Positions 10,672 to 21,108 are shown, numbered from the stretch's first letter. The stretch is 64,000 nucleotides of DNA from a bacterium (GCA_037137535.1 JBAXKC010000001.1:224001-288000); one strand, 5' to 3'. A program made the numbers and translations. The notes: generated from the sequence alone by a model not told the origin.

Positions 10672-11184
10672 CTAATGATGCATTTTTATTCTTGCACCCT
10701 GACTTTCGAGGATAAAATCAGTAATTTCTCTGACTGCACCTTTTCCGCCTTCTTTTGAAGCAATATAATGACAAACTTTTTTAACTTCAGTTACTGCATC
10801 AATTGGGCAAAAAGCCAATCCAACCTTTTCAAGAATACATAAATCCGGTAAATCATCACCTACATAAGCAACATGCTCAAATCCAAGATTATATTTAGAC
10901 ATAATTTCTTGTAGCGCAATTATTTTATGTCTTACGCCCTGATAAACATGGGCTATTTCAAGATCTTTTGATCTTTTTTCTACTATAGGTGATTTTCTTG
11001 CGGTAATAATTGCAGTTATAAGACCTGCTGACCTGAGCATATTCATCCCCTGACCGTCTTTTGCGTTAAAGATTTTTATTTCTTCACCAGCATCAGTATA
11101 AATTATCTCGCCATTAGTTAATACACCATCAACATCAAAGGCAATAAGTTTTATAATTTTAGCTTTTTCTTTAAGTTTATCCAT
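10672..11184 (-). CDS. kdsC: 3-deoxy-D-manno-octulosonate 8-phosphate phosphatase
   Basis: FDVDGVLTNG, FNAKDG, YVGDDLPD, GGKGAVRE HAD motifs; downstream of kdsD. Confidence 0.93.
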   Translation of the reverse strand: MDKLKEKAKIIKLIAFDVDGVLTNGEIIYTDAGEEIKIFNAKDGQGMNMLRSAGLITAIITARKSPIVEKRSKDLEIAHVYQGVRHKIIALQEIMSKYNLGFEHVAYVGDDLPDLCILEKVGLAFCPIDAVTEVKKVCHYIASKEGGKGAVREITDFILESQGARIKMHH

Positions 11185-11202
11185 TTATTTGACTCTCCAG
11201 TT

Positions 11203-12207
11203 CTAGGCTACGCCTGCTTTTAACAGATCGTGTATGTGAATTGTTCCTTCCGGAATATTATTTTCATCTGTAATTATAAGTGAAGTTATTGCAAATTTCT
11301 CCATTATTTGAAGAGCTTTTGCGGCTAGTGCAGTTTTTTCTATTGTCTTTGGATTATAGCTCATAACTTCATGTACTTTTAATTGATCCGTAGGCAAATC
11401 ATTTAACAAAGTTCTTCTTATATCTCCATCAGTCAAAATACCTTTAAGTTTATTTTCTTCATCAACGACGATTGCCATTCCCAGCTTTTTATCGGTTATT
11501 TTAACAATAGCTTCTTTAAAAGGCATTTCTGAAGACACAATAGGAAGTCTATCACCTGAAAGCATAAGATCTTCTACCTTCCAGAAAATACCTTTTCCAA
11601 GACTTCCTGACGGATGGAAAAGCAAGAAATCATCAGAAGTAAATCCTCTTTTTTTAAGAAGACATACAGCAAGAGCATCTCCAATAGCCAGCGTAGCTGT
11701 GGTGCTTGCTGTTGGTGCAAGCCCTAACGGACAAGCCTCTCTTTCGACAGAAATATCTATTGTTTCATCAGAAGCTAAAGCAAGAGTTGATTTGGTTTTA
11801 CCCGTCAATCCAATTAGTTTAACGCCAAATCTTTTAATAATTGGCAGTAATTTTAACAATTCCGCTGTTTCACCGCTGTTAGATATTGCTATTACGGTGT
11901 CTTCTCTGGTTAAAATTCCTGAATCACCATGAGTACTTTCAGCAGGATGCAGAAAATACGAAGGAGTTCCTGTGCTGGAAAAGGTGGCTGCAATCTTTTT
12001 ACCGATAAGACCTGATTTACCCATGCCTGTTATAATAACTCTGCCACGACATTTATATAAAATTTCAACAGCATTTATAAAGCTGTCATCTAATCTGTCT
12101 ATAAGGTTCTTAATTGATTCTGTTTCAATTTCAAGAACTTCTTTCGCTGTTTCTATTATTTGCTCTGATGAGCTTAAAGTTTTAATATTTATTACAGTTT
12201 CAGACAC
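11203..12207 (-). CDS. kdsD: Arabinose-5-phosphate isomerase (KpsF/GutQ, SIS + CBS pair)
   Basis: GMGKSG, HPAESTHGD, EACPLGLAPTAST, FHPSGSLG; GTG start at 12207 follows a GGAGG RBS. Confidence 0.93.
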   Translation of the reverse strand: MSETVINIKTLSSSEQIIETAKEVLEIETESIKNLIDRLDDSFINAVEILYKCRGRVIITGMGKSGLIGKKIAATFSSTGTPSYFLHPAESTHGDSGILTREDTVIAISNSGETAELLKLLPIIKRFGVKLIGLTGKTKSTLALASDETIDISVEREACPLGLAPTASTTATLAIGDALAVCLLKKRGFTSDDFLLFHPSGSLGKGIFWKVEDLMLSGDRLPIVSSEMPFKEAIVKITDKKLGMAIVVDEENKLKGILTDGDIRRTLLNDLPTDQLKVHEVMSYNPKTIEKTALAAKALQIMEKFAITSLIITDENNIPEGTIHIHDLLKAGVA

Positions 12208-12450
12208 TGTTAACCTCCGAAATTTATGTTTAATCTTATTATTTAACACTCAAAGGAATTTGCAAAATCGTTATGCCTTTAAATCCTTTTAACTACCTTA
12301 GGTTAAATTACATAAATAAAGTTTCATTAACCTGTAGTATAGAACAAAAAGGCTACTCTTGACTGTTTTTTAGTGCATTGACTTGTTGTGTTTTTTAATT
12401 TGTAAACTCATACTAATGGAGGAAAAACATTAAATTTTATTATGAAATGT

Positions 12451-12477
12451 TAAAGTTTTTTAATATAGAGCCGATTA
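12451..12477 (+). promoter_or_regulatory. Sigma28 (FliA-type) promoter
   Basis: TAAA(GTTT)-N15-GCCGATTA, one mismatch to the TAAA-N15-GCCGATAA consensus. Confidence 0.7.
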
Positions 12478-12517
12478 CTTTCATGTGACAAGGTTTAACA
12501 AAATTAAGAAGGATGAT

Positions 12518-12952
12518 ATGTTTTTGCAAAAAGCGTTTGTAGAAAATAAGAGCATCAGTTCGGCTGTTAAAAAAGGATTTTTAACAAAGTATTTTCAAGG
12601 CAATTCTGCATCAAACTATAAGATGGTTTATTTGCAAAATGGAAATACTGTTTTAATTAAAGTTGAACAAGATGATGATTTTGTAGCCGAAAAAATTGGC
12701 GGCATTGTTAAAGAAAAAATTCAAAATGAAAAAGTTAAAACGCTGGTTTTAGATTTATGCAGTATTAATTGCATTAATAGCGTAAAAATAGCAGGTTTAG
12801 TCGCTGCTCATTCATTAACAGCTTCTCAAGCATTTAAAGTCAATGTAATTACAAATGATTATCAAAGCAAAAGATTAATCGAAGTATTAAACCCAGGAAA
12901 TTTAAACGTAGAAGTATTGGATCAATCTCTTAAAACGGTTGTATCAGCATAA
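12518..12952 (+). CDS. STAS-domain-like (anti-sigma antagonist-like) protein
   Basis: 'LVLDLCSINCINSVKIAGLV' resembles the STAS core (lvlDls.v.fiDS.gl..Lv); ATG at 12518 after AAGGA. Confidence 0.55.
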   Translation: MFLQKAFVENKSISSAVKKGFLTKYFQGNSASNYKMVYLQNGNTVLIKVEQDDDFVAEKIGGIVKEKIQNEKVKTLVLDLCSINCINSVKIAGLVAAHSLTASQAFKVNVITNDYQSKRLIEVLNPGNLNVEVLDQSLKTVVSA

Positions 12953-14667
12953 ATCTTTTGTTTTTCACACGATTTTAAAATATTGTAGTAATCAGTTATG
13001 AAGTTTTCATCTGAAGAATAATCATTATCAAGAATAGCCTTTAAATACCTGTTTAACAAAACAGGTATTAATTTATGAGTTAAACCGCTAAAATCAATAG
13101 AAAACTCGTTAATTCCTGCATCCGCTATTTTGGGAATAGATTTAAACAGGTCTAATACTTTTTCCTCAAATAAGTGCATTCTGCAAAATCCATCAACTGC
13201 AATAGGAAATAACTTTTTCTTTAAAGGATCTGAAATTGCGTAACTGCCATGATGGCAAGGAGCAAAACATGAAAGCCTTGAAAGTATTGCAGGATCATTA
13301 TTTAATGGACATAACCCTGAGGATGGTATTCTTATATTACCGCCAATTGTAAGTTTTCTATTCGGTATATTACTTCCTATATTGTTTATACAGGTTTTTA
13401 TATCGTCAATATTTTTGTAATTGGAAAAATCAATGGAATTAATTTTTCCGAATTTTGTTAAACACTTGACAGAACTGCTTCCAATGACATTTAAACCTTG
13501 TCCCATCTCAATATTTAAGTCATCAAAGTCTACATCATTTATTATTGACCATAAAAGTCCTATATTATTGACAATAATCCCTTGCGGACGAGGGGACTCA
13601 AGACATAACTGCTTTATATAATCATTAACTCTTTCAAAATCACGTTCAATTAAAACCTTTGGAGTACTTAAAAACAATTGAATATTATATCGTTCACAAT
13701 CTCTTTTAACTTTTTCTATGATTTTATTAAAACTATTTTTAGCTAAATCAGCAGTCGATAAAATCTCTCCATATTCTATTGAATAAACGGGGTTAAATTT
13801 AAGCGATTTTATATAATTTTTCAAAGTTTTAAACTGCTCAAGAGTAGTAAGCCTAACGTTCAGACGTGGCAAGTTCTGTATATCTTTAAGAGCAGGTTTT
13901 TTATAGCTAAATCTTTTATATTTCCAATTAAATTGCTGGATATTACCTGTAAATTTAAAGGCTTTACCTTTAGAGCTTTGAAATTCCCCTGAGAAATGAT
14001 TTGTTCTGTATGAAGAATTTTCAAAATGCTTAAAAGGAAGTTTTGTACTTTCAGGAGTACATTTATTTTTCAAAATTTTCTCAACAGTTGTAATTCCCTC
14101 TAAAAGTGTTTTTGATTTTTTAATATCACCTTTAATAAAAACATAATCAACCGCTTTATTTTTTATTATATCGCAGGAAATCCAAGGAAGATTATCGGCA
14201 TCAATATAAACTTTGCATTTTGAATATTGCTTAATTTTAGAGAGATTTCTTATATAAATTTCTTCTGTTAAATTAACACTACTAACAGGATATAAATTAT
14301 TCAAAAAGTCTAATCCTGACATATTGTGAATGTTCAAGCCTGAGTCAATTATCACCTTAAAATTAATCTCTTTAGTATTAAGATATGAAAGTAAACCTAT
14401 ATTATTAATAAGAATTCCATCGATATTTTTATTTAATAAAATTTCTAGAATTTGAATATTTTCTTTTTCTTCTTTTTCAGATTCAGGTCGTTTAAATTTT
14501 ATATACAACTCAAACTTATGCTTTTGAACTTGTTCAAAAACACTCTTAAATATAGATTCGTCCCCTTTTTTCAAATAAGAACTTGCCAAATATACGCTAC
14601 GACATCCGGTTTGACTTATTATTTCAATATCTTCGGGTGAATTAACGGGGGCGATAATTTTTATCAT
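12922..14667 (-). CDS. Peptidase U32-family-like protein (two U32-like modules; possible Fe-S RNA-modification protein)
   Basis: N-terminal IIAPVNS...SVYL and LNIHN motifs; C-terminal module with SSGLCP...SCFAPC...FC cysteines. Confidence 0.6.
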   Translation of the reverse strand: MIKIIAPVNSPEDIEIISQTGCRSVYLASSYLKKGDESIFKSVFEQVQKHKFELYIKFKRPESEKEEKENIQILEILLNKNIDGILINNIGLLSYLNTKEINFKVIIDSGLNIHNMSGLDFLNNLYPVSSVNLTEEIYIRNLSKIKQYSKCKVYIDADNLPWISCDIIKNKAVDYVFIKGDIKKSKTLLEGITTVEKILKNKCTPESTKLPFKHFENSSYRTNHFSGEFQSSKGKAFKFTGNIQQFNWKYKRFSYKKPALKDIQNLPRLNVRLTTLEQFKTLKNYIKSLKFNPVYSIEYGEILSTADLAKNSFNKIIEKVKRDCERYNIQLFLSTPKVLIERDFERVNDYIKQLCLESPRPQGIIVNNIGLLWSIINDVDFDDLNIEMGQGLNVIGSSSVKCLTKFGKINSIDFSNYKNIDDIKTCINNIGSNIPNRKLTIGGNIRIPSSGLCPLNNDPAILSRLSCFAPCHHGSYAISDPLKKKLFPIAVDGFCRMHLFEEKVLDLFKSIPKIADAGINEFSIDFSGLTHKLIPVLLNRYLKAILDNDYSSDENFITDYYNILKSCEKQKIYADTTVLRD

Positions 14668-15020
14668 TTTTTTTGGCCGATAGTTTAAAAAGTTTTGTAA
14701 TAATTATATATTTTACCCTTAAATCACTAAAATGTTTGTAAAAAATTGTAATCTATATAAATAGATATTTCAGTTAAAGCCTTCTTTTCAACCTTCATCA
14801 TGCTTTTACCTTATTGCGGTTTGTAAACTTTTGTAAACACCTTTCAGCTTTCTCCTATTTATGGTATTTTAGCTGTACTACAAATGCGTGTAGCTGCTAT
14901 TAATTGACCATCCTAAAGTTTAATGAACTTTTACATAGAGTACTAAATCCTATATATAGTGTATAGGTATAGTAGATAGCTATAGGTACAATTGAATAAA
15001 GCATGGATTACTGGATTAAT

Positions 15021-15749
15021 ATGAAAAAAGTTTTCAACCTAATAATTATTATATTTGCTTGTTTATCAGTAGCAGGATGTGATTTTAATTCTGCAAGCAC
15101 TGATGAAACTCTAAACAAAGCAGATATGCCTACAATGATGGCAAATAATCAAAACGAAGCTAAACAGCCTGCCTTTAACTTTGAAGATGCAAGAAACTAT
15201 GATAATGACGAAGAAAAAGTTATAGAAGTAACAAATTCAAATATAGGAAGAAAAGATCCTTTTAAGCCATTTAATGAAAAAATTATCAGCTCACTAAAAG
15301 GAAACAATTCGTCTAATAATGATGCGCTTATTCTTCCACCCAGCACAAACCCTCTTATATTAAACGATGATAAAAGCCTTAACGGCGTACCATTACCTCC
15401 ATCCTACGATGCTGATTCTCCTTTAATTAAAATGATGAAAATAAGGATTGGCGGTATTCTATATGACACACAAGGATCTTCTGCCATTCTAAATGTTGAT
15501 GGTGATGATTATGTTGTTCATGAAGGTGATAAAATCTTTGATTTCCGTGTAAAAGAAATTACTCCTGACAAAGTAGCTATTGCCTGTGGCAAAAACATCT
15601 ATAAAAAAGGAGTTGGCGAAATGTTTACCGGCAAATTAAATTCTAGCCCGGTAAAAGGTGTTAATAACATGTATGCAGGTAAAAAAAGAAACAGTACCCT
15701 TGAAAAACTCCCTGATATAAGGTTTGTTTCCCCTACAACTTACCTATAA
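15021..15749 (+). CDS. Lipoprotein, PilP/GspC-like pilus assembly component
   Basis: Lipobox VAGC; GRKDPFKP motif; 'GILYD..SAIL.V...YVVHEGDKI..FRVKEI' beta domain; directly upstream of the secretin. Confidence 0.7.
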   Translation: MKKVFNLIIIIFACLSVAGCDFNSASTDETLNKADMPTMMANNQNEAKQPAFNFEDARNYDNDEEKVIEVTNSNIGRKDPFKPFNEKIISSLKGNNSSNNDALILPPSTNPLILNDDKSLNGVPLPPSYDADSPLIKMMKIRIGGILYDTQGSSAILNVDGDDYVVHEGDKIFDFRVKEITPDKVAIACGKNIYKKGVGEMFTGKLNSSPVKGVNNMYAGKKRNSTLEKLPDIRFVSPTTYL

Positions 15750-15780
15750 ACAAAACGACTGCGTAAGGAGCATATAAGCA

Positions 15781-17793
15781 ATGAACAAAAAGCATAAAAA
15801 TATATCAAAAATACTTGTTTCTTTATATTTATCGACAATTATATTATCAACTCCGGCACAAGCAATTGATAATATTAAACTTAGAGGCAATCTAAGCAAT
15901 GATAAAGCTCTTGAGCTTAAAGGAAATATTAAAATTGATGATTATGCTCAAAAAGTAAATGTAAGTTTACGCAATACAGATATCAGACAAGTGTTAAGAA
16001 TGCTTGCAGACAAAGCAAATCTTAATATTCTTATTCACGAGAGTGTGAGCGGGAAAATATCCTTAGACTTGATTGATGTTACTTTAAATAAAGCTTTTGA
16101 ATATGTAATGACAATGAATGGCCTTTCTTATGTAAAAGACGGCAATACTCTAATTGTTGCCTCAAAAGGAGTAAGCGGCAACCTTGGACTGACAAAGAAT
16201 AAGATGAAACCAATAGATATTAAATATATGGATGCAGTCTCAATATCTGATTTTCTTAATTCCAATATATTTAATCTAAACAGACCTGATATAACAACCG
16301 CACCAATAGTTATAACAAACCCCAGAACAAATCAGATTTATCTGTTTGGAAGTGACGAAGATATTGCTATGGCAGAAAAAACCATAGAAATATTAGACGT
16401 TAAACCTCATATGAAAACTTTTAACGTAAACTATTCAAATCCGACAAAAGTAGCCGGTAATTTATGTAATATTGTTTTTAACGCAAATTACTTTGTACAA
16501 GGCACATCTAGTAGTGGAAGCGGTTCCGGAGGAAGTACCGGTAGTGGAGCTGGCGGTTCTTCAGGAGGTTCTAGCGGATCTGGTTCTTCAGGTGGCGCTG
16601 GTGGCTCCTCTGGTGGAGCAGGAGCAAGCAGTAGCGGGTTTAAAGCCGTTACTATAGGATCAAGCAATGGTTTTGACCTTATATGCGGTCAAGCAAACAG
16701 GCAAACGGCAACAACAAGTGCATCAAGCGTAGGAGGAGGAAGTGCAAGTGGAACAGAAAGCACTAATTCTCCAACTAATGGAACGCAAAATAATGCAATG
16801 AATCAATCAAATAATTCTACCGATAATGAAAGTCAGTCAGCTAAAAAAGATGAAACTGAAAAAGAAAAAGAATTTTCAGGAGCTGGTTCATTTAAAGGAA
16901 TTGATTCAACATTGAAATCCTTAGATGTTGCAGGATATGCCGTATTTGCAAATGATGAAATAAGCCAGATAAGTGTTATGGGAACAGAGCAACAACTTGC
17001 TCTTGCGGAAGAAACAATAAAAAATCTTGATAAACGTCCTCTTCAAGCCTATTTTGATATTTCTATCATTGAAGTTAATGAAACTAACACAAAAACTCTG
17101 GACTCAACTATAGACTTTATAAACAAATACAGTCATGAAATAAAACTAAGCAGTGCAGGATTATCCTATGCACGTCAGGATCTTGCTCATAATGCAACTC
17201 AAGAATCCACTTCAAATTTTAACATTTCAAACGTACTGAAAATAACTAAAGGAAAATTACTCGCTAACCCGAGATTAATCGTATCAAGTAATAAAGAAGC
17301 TAAATTTAGTGTTATGGATAAAGAACCGGGACCTGTTTCTTCAACAAGAGAACCAGATGGTGCAGGCGGATATCGTACTACTTATTCAGTAGGAGCGCCT
17401 GTTGATGTCGGTATTACAGTAACATTATTACCGGTAATAAAACCTAACGGTGAAATTTCATTATCTGTTTCACCGACTTACAGCAATTTAAAAGCAACTG
17501 TAAGCTATGGTGATAGTACTAACTTTGCCCAACAAACCTTAACCTCAGAAAGAGATGTAAGCCTTAAAGATCTTATTTTAAAAGATGGTGAAACTTTTGT
17601 TCTAGGCGGATTAATCAAAGAAGCAGAAAATAAATCCTCAAATAAGCCTTCTCTACTGAATGTAATACCAATAATTGGCGGAATGTTTGGCTATCATGAG
17701 TCTAAAAAATCAAGAAGTGAACTTCTCTTTATAATAACGCCTCATATCGTTAAAGATCCTTCCAATGTAACTCCTCTGCCTGAAACTATATAA
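15781..17793 (+). CDS. pilQ: Secretin (PilQ/GspD family) with Gly/Ser-rich insertion
   Basis: Signal peptide (AQA), N0 'LRNTDIRQVLRMLA', C-terminal 'LKDGETFVLGGLI...IPIIGGMF...ELLFIITPHIV'. Confidence 0.85.
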   Translation: MNKKHKNISKILVSLYLSTIILSTPAQAIDNIKLRGNLSNDKALELKGNIKIDDYAQKVNVSLRNTDIRQVLRMLADKANLNILIHESVSGKISLDLIDVTLNKAFEYVMTMNGLSYVKDGNTLIVASKGVSGNLGLTKNKMKPIDIKYMDAVSISDFLNSNIFNLNRPDITTAPIVITNPRTNQIYLFGSDEDIAMAEKTIEILDVKPHMKTFNVNYSNPTKVAGNLCNIVFNANYFVQGTSSSGSGSGGSTGSGAGGSSGGSSGSGSSGGAGGSSGGAGASSSGFKAVTIGSSNGFDLICGQANRQTATTSASSVGGGSASGTESTNSPTNGTQNNAMNQSNNSTDNESQSAKKDETEKEKEFSGAGSFKGIDSTLKSLDVAGYAVFANDEISQISVMGTEQQLALAEETIKNLDKRPLQAYFDISIIEVNETNTKTLDSTIDFINKYSHEIKLSSAGLSYARQDLAHNATQESTSNFNISNVLKITKGKLLANPRLIVSSNKEAKFSVMDKEPGPVSSTREPDGAGGYRTTYSVGAPVDVGITVTLLPVIKPNGEISLSVSPTYSNLKATVSYGDSTNFAQQTLTSERDVSLKDLILKDGETFVLGGLIKEAENKSSNKPSLLNVIPIIGGMFGYHESKKSRSELLFIITPHIVKDPSNVTPLPETI

Positions 17794-17811
17794 AATTTAA
17801 AGGAAAGTGTA

Positions 17812-19860
17812 ATGAACGCGAGTAATGCACTTGAACAATTACTAAACAGTATAAATAAAACATATATTAATAAATTCCCGATTGATGTTCTTAAAGAAGA
17901 AATGTTTATTCCAATAAACAATGAAGGCGAGACCATTGTTATTGGAATGGTTAATCCTGAAGAAAAAGAACGCCGTAATTCAATATTAACCAAAATTATT
18001 CTTGCGACAAGATTAAAACCAAAAGTTCTTACGCTAAATAAACAGCAATTTGACGATATAATTAAATATTTTGAAGAACAGATAAATTCAGGGCAAGCGG
18101 CGCAGGCTTCGGCTTTATCCGCATCAATTAATCCTCCAACTAAAAAAATTGGAGAAAAGTTAATTGAGGAAGGTCTGATAACTAAAGAACAACTGACTCA
18201 AGCTCTTAGCGACGCAAAAAAAGAAGGTATTCCCGTCGGCTCTATACTTGTAAAACTTGGCTTTATTACTATTGAAGATTTAAAGAGAACCCTATCTAAG
18301 CAGCAGGGAATAGGACACGTTGAAGAAAAGATCGATGCTAAAGCTGTAAAACTTATTCCTGAAGATTTTATTAAATTAAATAAAGTAGTTCCAATAAGTA
18401 CTGATGGAAAAACCTTAGTAGTTGGAATGGTAGACCCCAAAAACAAACAAGCGTTAAATGAAATCATTTACATGACAGGCCTAAAGCCATTTCCTCTTAT
18501 ATTAACTCATATAGAATATGAAAATTACATTAAAACATATCTGGAAACAAAAAAAGACAGCGAAAAATTAATGGAAGAATTTACTAAAGAAGATGAATCC
18601 TCTTTAGTAATAGAAGGCTCTGAAAACCTATGGCAACAAGTAGAAAAAGAACTTCAAGACGAATCAAGCATCGTAGCTAAATTTGCAAGCTCAATCATAA
18701 CTGAAGCTATTGCAAAAAAAGCAAGTGACGTTCACATTGAACCAAGACTTGATAAATATATAGTAAGATACAGAATTGACGGTATCTTAAAACATATTAT
18801 GGATATTCCTAATAAAATTGAAAGTCTTCTTATTTCAAGGCTAAAAGTTATTTCAAGAATGAATATCGCAGAGCATAGAAGAACTCAAGACGGTAGATTT
18901 ACAATTAAATACGGCAGTAAAGTCTATGATTTAAGGGTAAATATATTACCTGTCGGCACTAAAGAAAAAATGGTAATAAGAATCTTACAACCAACTTTAG
19001 AGTTTAATGCAAACGCTAATAAAAATGATATTCAGCTAAACGGTGCAGCAAAAGACGATATTCAAAAAATCAATCTTATGACAACTTCACCACATGGTAT
19101 TATACTTGCAACAGGTCCTACAGGTAGCGGTAAATCAACAACACTCTATTCAGTTATAAATAAATTAAATAGCGAATATGTAAACATAACCACCATTGAA
19201 GACCCTGTTGAAATGAAAATGGATGGAGTAAACCAAGTACAAGTTAATGCAAAAGCCGACATTACTTTTGCAAGCTGTATGAGAGCTATATTAAGACAAG
19301 ATCCGGATATAATAATGGTCGGAGAGATAAGGGACTACGAAACACTGGAAGCGGCGATACATGCGGCTTTAACAGGTCACCTTGTAATCAGTACTATTCA
19401 CACAAACAGTGCAACGGCAACTATAACCAGATTAGTCGAAATGGGAGCTGCGCATCACTTAATAGCCTCTTCATTAATGGGAGTAATAGCACAAAGACTT
19501 ATAAGAAAAATTTGCCCTGACTGCAAAGAGCTTTATGAACCTACTGATGAAGAAATAAAAATGATTAGCTCTCCAATTTATGACGATTCTCGATTTAGAG
19601 GAAATAATATTTATAAAGCGGTTGGCTGTGATAAATGCTCCGGAAACGGTTATATTGGCAGAATAGGTATATATGAAATTATGCCTGTAAATAGAGAAAT
19701 ACGAAAAATGATATCGCAAGGAGCTGCTGGTCATGAAATCGAAGAAGTAGCTATAAGCTGCGGTATGAAAAGTTTAAAAAGAGCTGCTTTAGAAGCTATT
19801 TTAAATGGTAACACTACAATTAGAGAATATGTAAGAGTATTAGGCGCATCAAGCGACTAA
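17812..19860 (+). CDS. pilB: Type IV pilus/T2SS assembly ATPase (PilB/GspE) with MshEN-like region
   Basis: ASDVHIEP, GPTGSGKST, TIEDPVE, LRQDPDIIMVGEIRD, TGHLVISTIHTN, tetra-Cys Zn motif. Confidence 0.92.
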   Translation: MNASNALEQLLNSINKTYINKFPIDVLKEEMFIPINNEGETIVIGMVNPEEKERRNSILTKIILATRLKPKVLTLNKQQFDDIIKYFEEQINSGQAAQASALSASINPPTKKIGEKLIEEGLITKEQLTQALSDAKKEGIPVGSILVKLGFITIEDLKRTLSKQQGIGHVEEKIDAKAVKLIPEDFIKLNKVVPISTDGKTLVVGMVDPKNKQALNEIIYMTGLKPFPLILTHIEYENYIKTYLETKKDSEKLMEEFTKEDESSLVIEGSENLWQQVEKELQDESSIVAKFASSIITEAIAKKASDVHIEPRLDKYIVRYRIDGILKHIMDIPNKIESLLISRLKVISRMNIAEHRRTQDGRFTIKYGSKVYDLRVNILPVGTKEKMVIRILQPTLEFNANANKNDIQLNGAAKDDIQKINLMTTSPHGIILATGPTGSGKSTTLYSVINKLNSEYVNITTIEDPVEMKMDGVNQVQVNAKADITFASCMRAILRQDPDIIMVGEIRDYETLEAAIHAALTGHLVISTIHTNSATATITRLVEMGAAHHLIASSLMGVIAQRLIRKICPDCKELYEPTDEEIKMISSPIYDDSRFRGNNIYKAVGCDKCSGNGYIGRIGIYEIMPVNREIRKMISQGAAGHEIEEVAISCGMKSLKRAALEAILNGNTTIREYVRVLGASSD

Positions 19861-19881
19861 GTCTTATTATTAGGAGTATAC

Positions 19882-21108
19882 ATGTCTGTTTTTACATACA
19901 AAGCGATAAAAGACGGAAGTAATTTTGTTAAAGGAAGCATAGAAGCTACTTCTATTAAAGAAGTAAGAGATATGCTTAGAAAGATGGATCTTGTTCCTGT
20001 AAAAATAGAAGAAGGTCAGTCTAATTCTAATGCATCAAGCATGTTTAATTCAAACAGGTCTAAGCTAAAGCGATTAAGCATGAGAGAAAAAATTGATTTT
20101 ACAAATACAATGCACATTCTTTCAAAATCAGGCGTATCAATAATAGAATCTCTTATGTTTATGGAAACAAATGCCGCAACTCCGAATTCAGGAAAACTGG
20201 CAGAAGAATTAAGAAAATCCGTTTTAGCGGGAGCAAATTTAAGTGAAGCTATCACTAAATTCCCATTTATCTTTGATCAGGTTTTTATAGGATTAATTAA
20301 AGCCGGTGAAGAATCTGGGGAAATAGACACCACATTAGGAAGAATGGTTTTTCTTTTAAAAAAACAAGAGAAATTAAGAGGAAAAATTATAGCAACTATG
20401 GTTTATCCGACTATGGTAATTATTTTAGCGATGGCAGTTACCTTGATAATGCTTATGGTTGTATTCCCTGCCTTTAAAGATGTTTTTGCCACAAGTGGAA
20501 AAAAACTACCATTTATAACCCAATTTCTAATTGATTTAGGAGACTTTTTAAAAACATTTTGGATAGTAGTTCCCATTACTATAGGATCAATGGTATATGT
20601 GGCTTTAAATATAATGAAATGGCGCTTTACCAAGCGACTTATTGATAGAGGATTACTAAAATTACCAATTTTATCAGACTTTGTTAAATATGCATCACTT
20701 TCAAATTTCATTTCCGTTTTAAAAGTTGCATTTGATGCAGGTGTGCCAATTGTAGACAGTTTAATTCTATCAAATCTTACTGTAAGCAATACCGTACTGA
20801 ATCAAGCAGTAAGAAATTCTGCAACAAGTATTCAGAATGGTCAATCGCTGTCAAATTCTTTAAAAAGCACAGAATTTATGCCTCCAATTATCATGTGCAT
20901 GATCTCAACAGGAGAACAATCCGGGAATCTTGGAGAAATGTTAGATCAGGCAGGAGCCTATATAGATGACGAGCTGGAAAGAGTTGTTGATCTTCTGAAT
21001 AAAGCGTCAGAACCCTTCTTACTTGTAGTTATAGGTTCTATTGTATTAGTATTAGCTTTAGCTCTTTATTTACCGTTATTCCAATCTTACGCCAATATGT
21101 CAGGATAA
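19882..21108 (+). CDS. pilC: Type IV pilus/T2SS inner-membrane platform protein (PilC/GspF)
   Basis: AGEESGEID, MVYP, TGEQSGNL, EPFLL; 3 TM; follows the ATPase. Confidence 0.92.
   Translation: MSVFTYKAIKDGSNFVKGSIEATSIKEVRDMLRKMDLVPVKIEEGQSNSNASSMFNSNRSKLKRLSMREKIDFTNTMHILSKSGVSIIESLMFMETNAATPNSGKLAEELRKSVLAGANLSEAITKFPFIFDQVFIGLIKAGEESGEIDTTLGRMVFLLKKQEKLRGKIIATMVYPTMVIILAMAVTLIMLMVVFPAFKDVFATSGKKLPFITQFLIDLGDFLKTFWIVVPITIGSMVYVALNIMKWRFTKRLIDRGLLKLPILSDFVKYASLSNFISVLKVAFDAGVPIVDSLILSNLTVSNTVLNQAVRNSATSIQNGQSLSNSLKSTEFMPPIIMCMISTGEQSGNLGEMLDQAGAYIDDELERVVDLLNKASEPFLLVVIGSIVLVLALALYLPLFQSYANMSG

Noticed and set aside
14657-14683. Sigma28-like GCCGATAG upstream of the pilus operon
   Set aside because: No -35 TAAA at the proper spacing
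14821-14838. TTGTAAAC direct repeat as a regulator binding site
   Set aside because: Short AT-rich repeat in an AT-rich genome; cannot be told from chance without orthologous promoters
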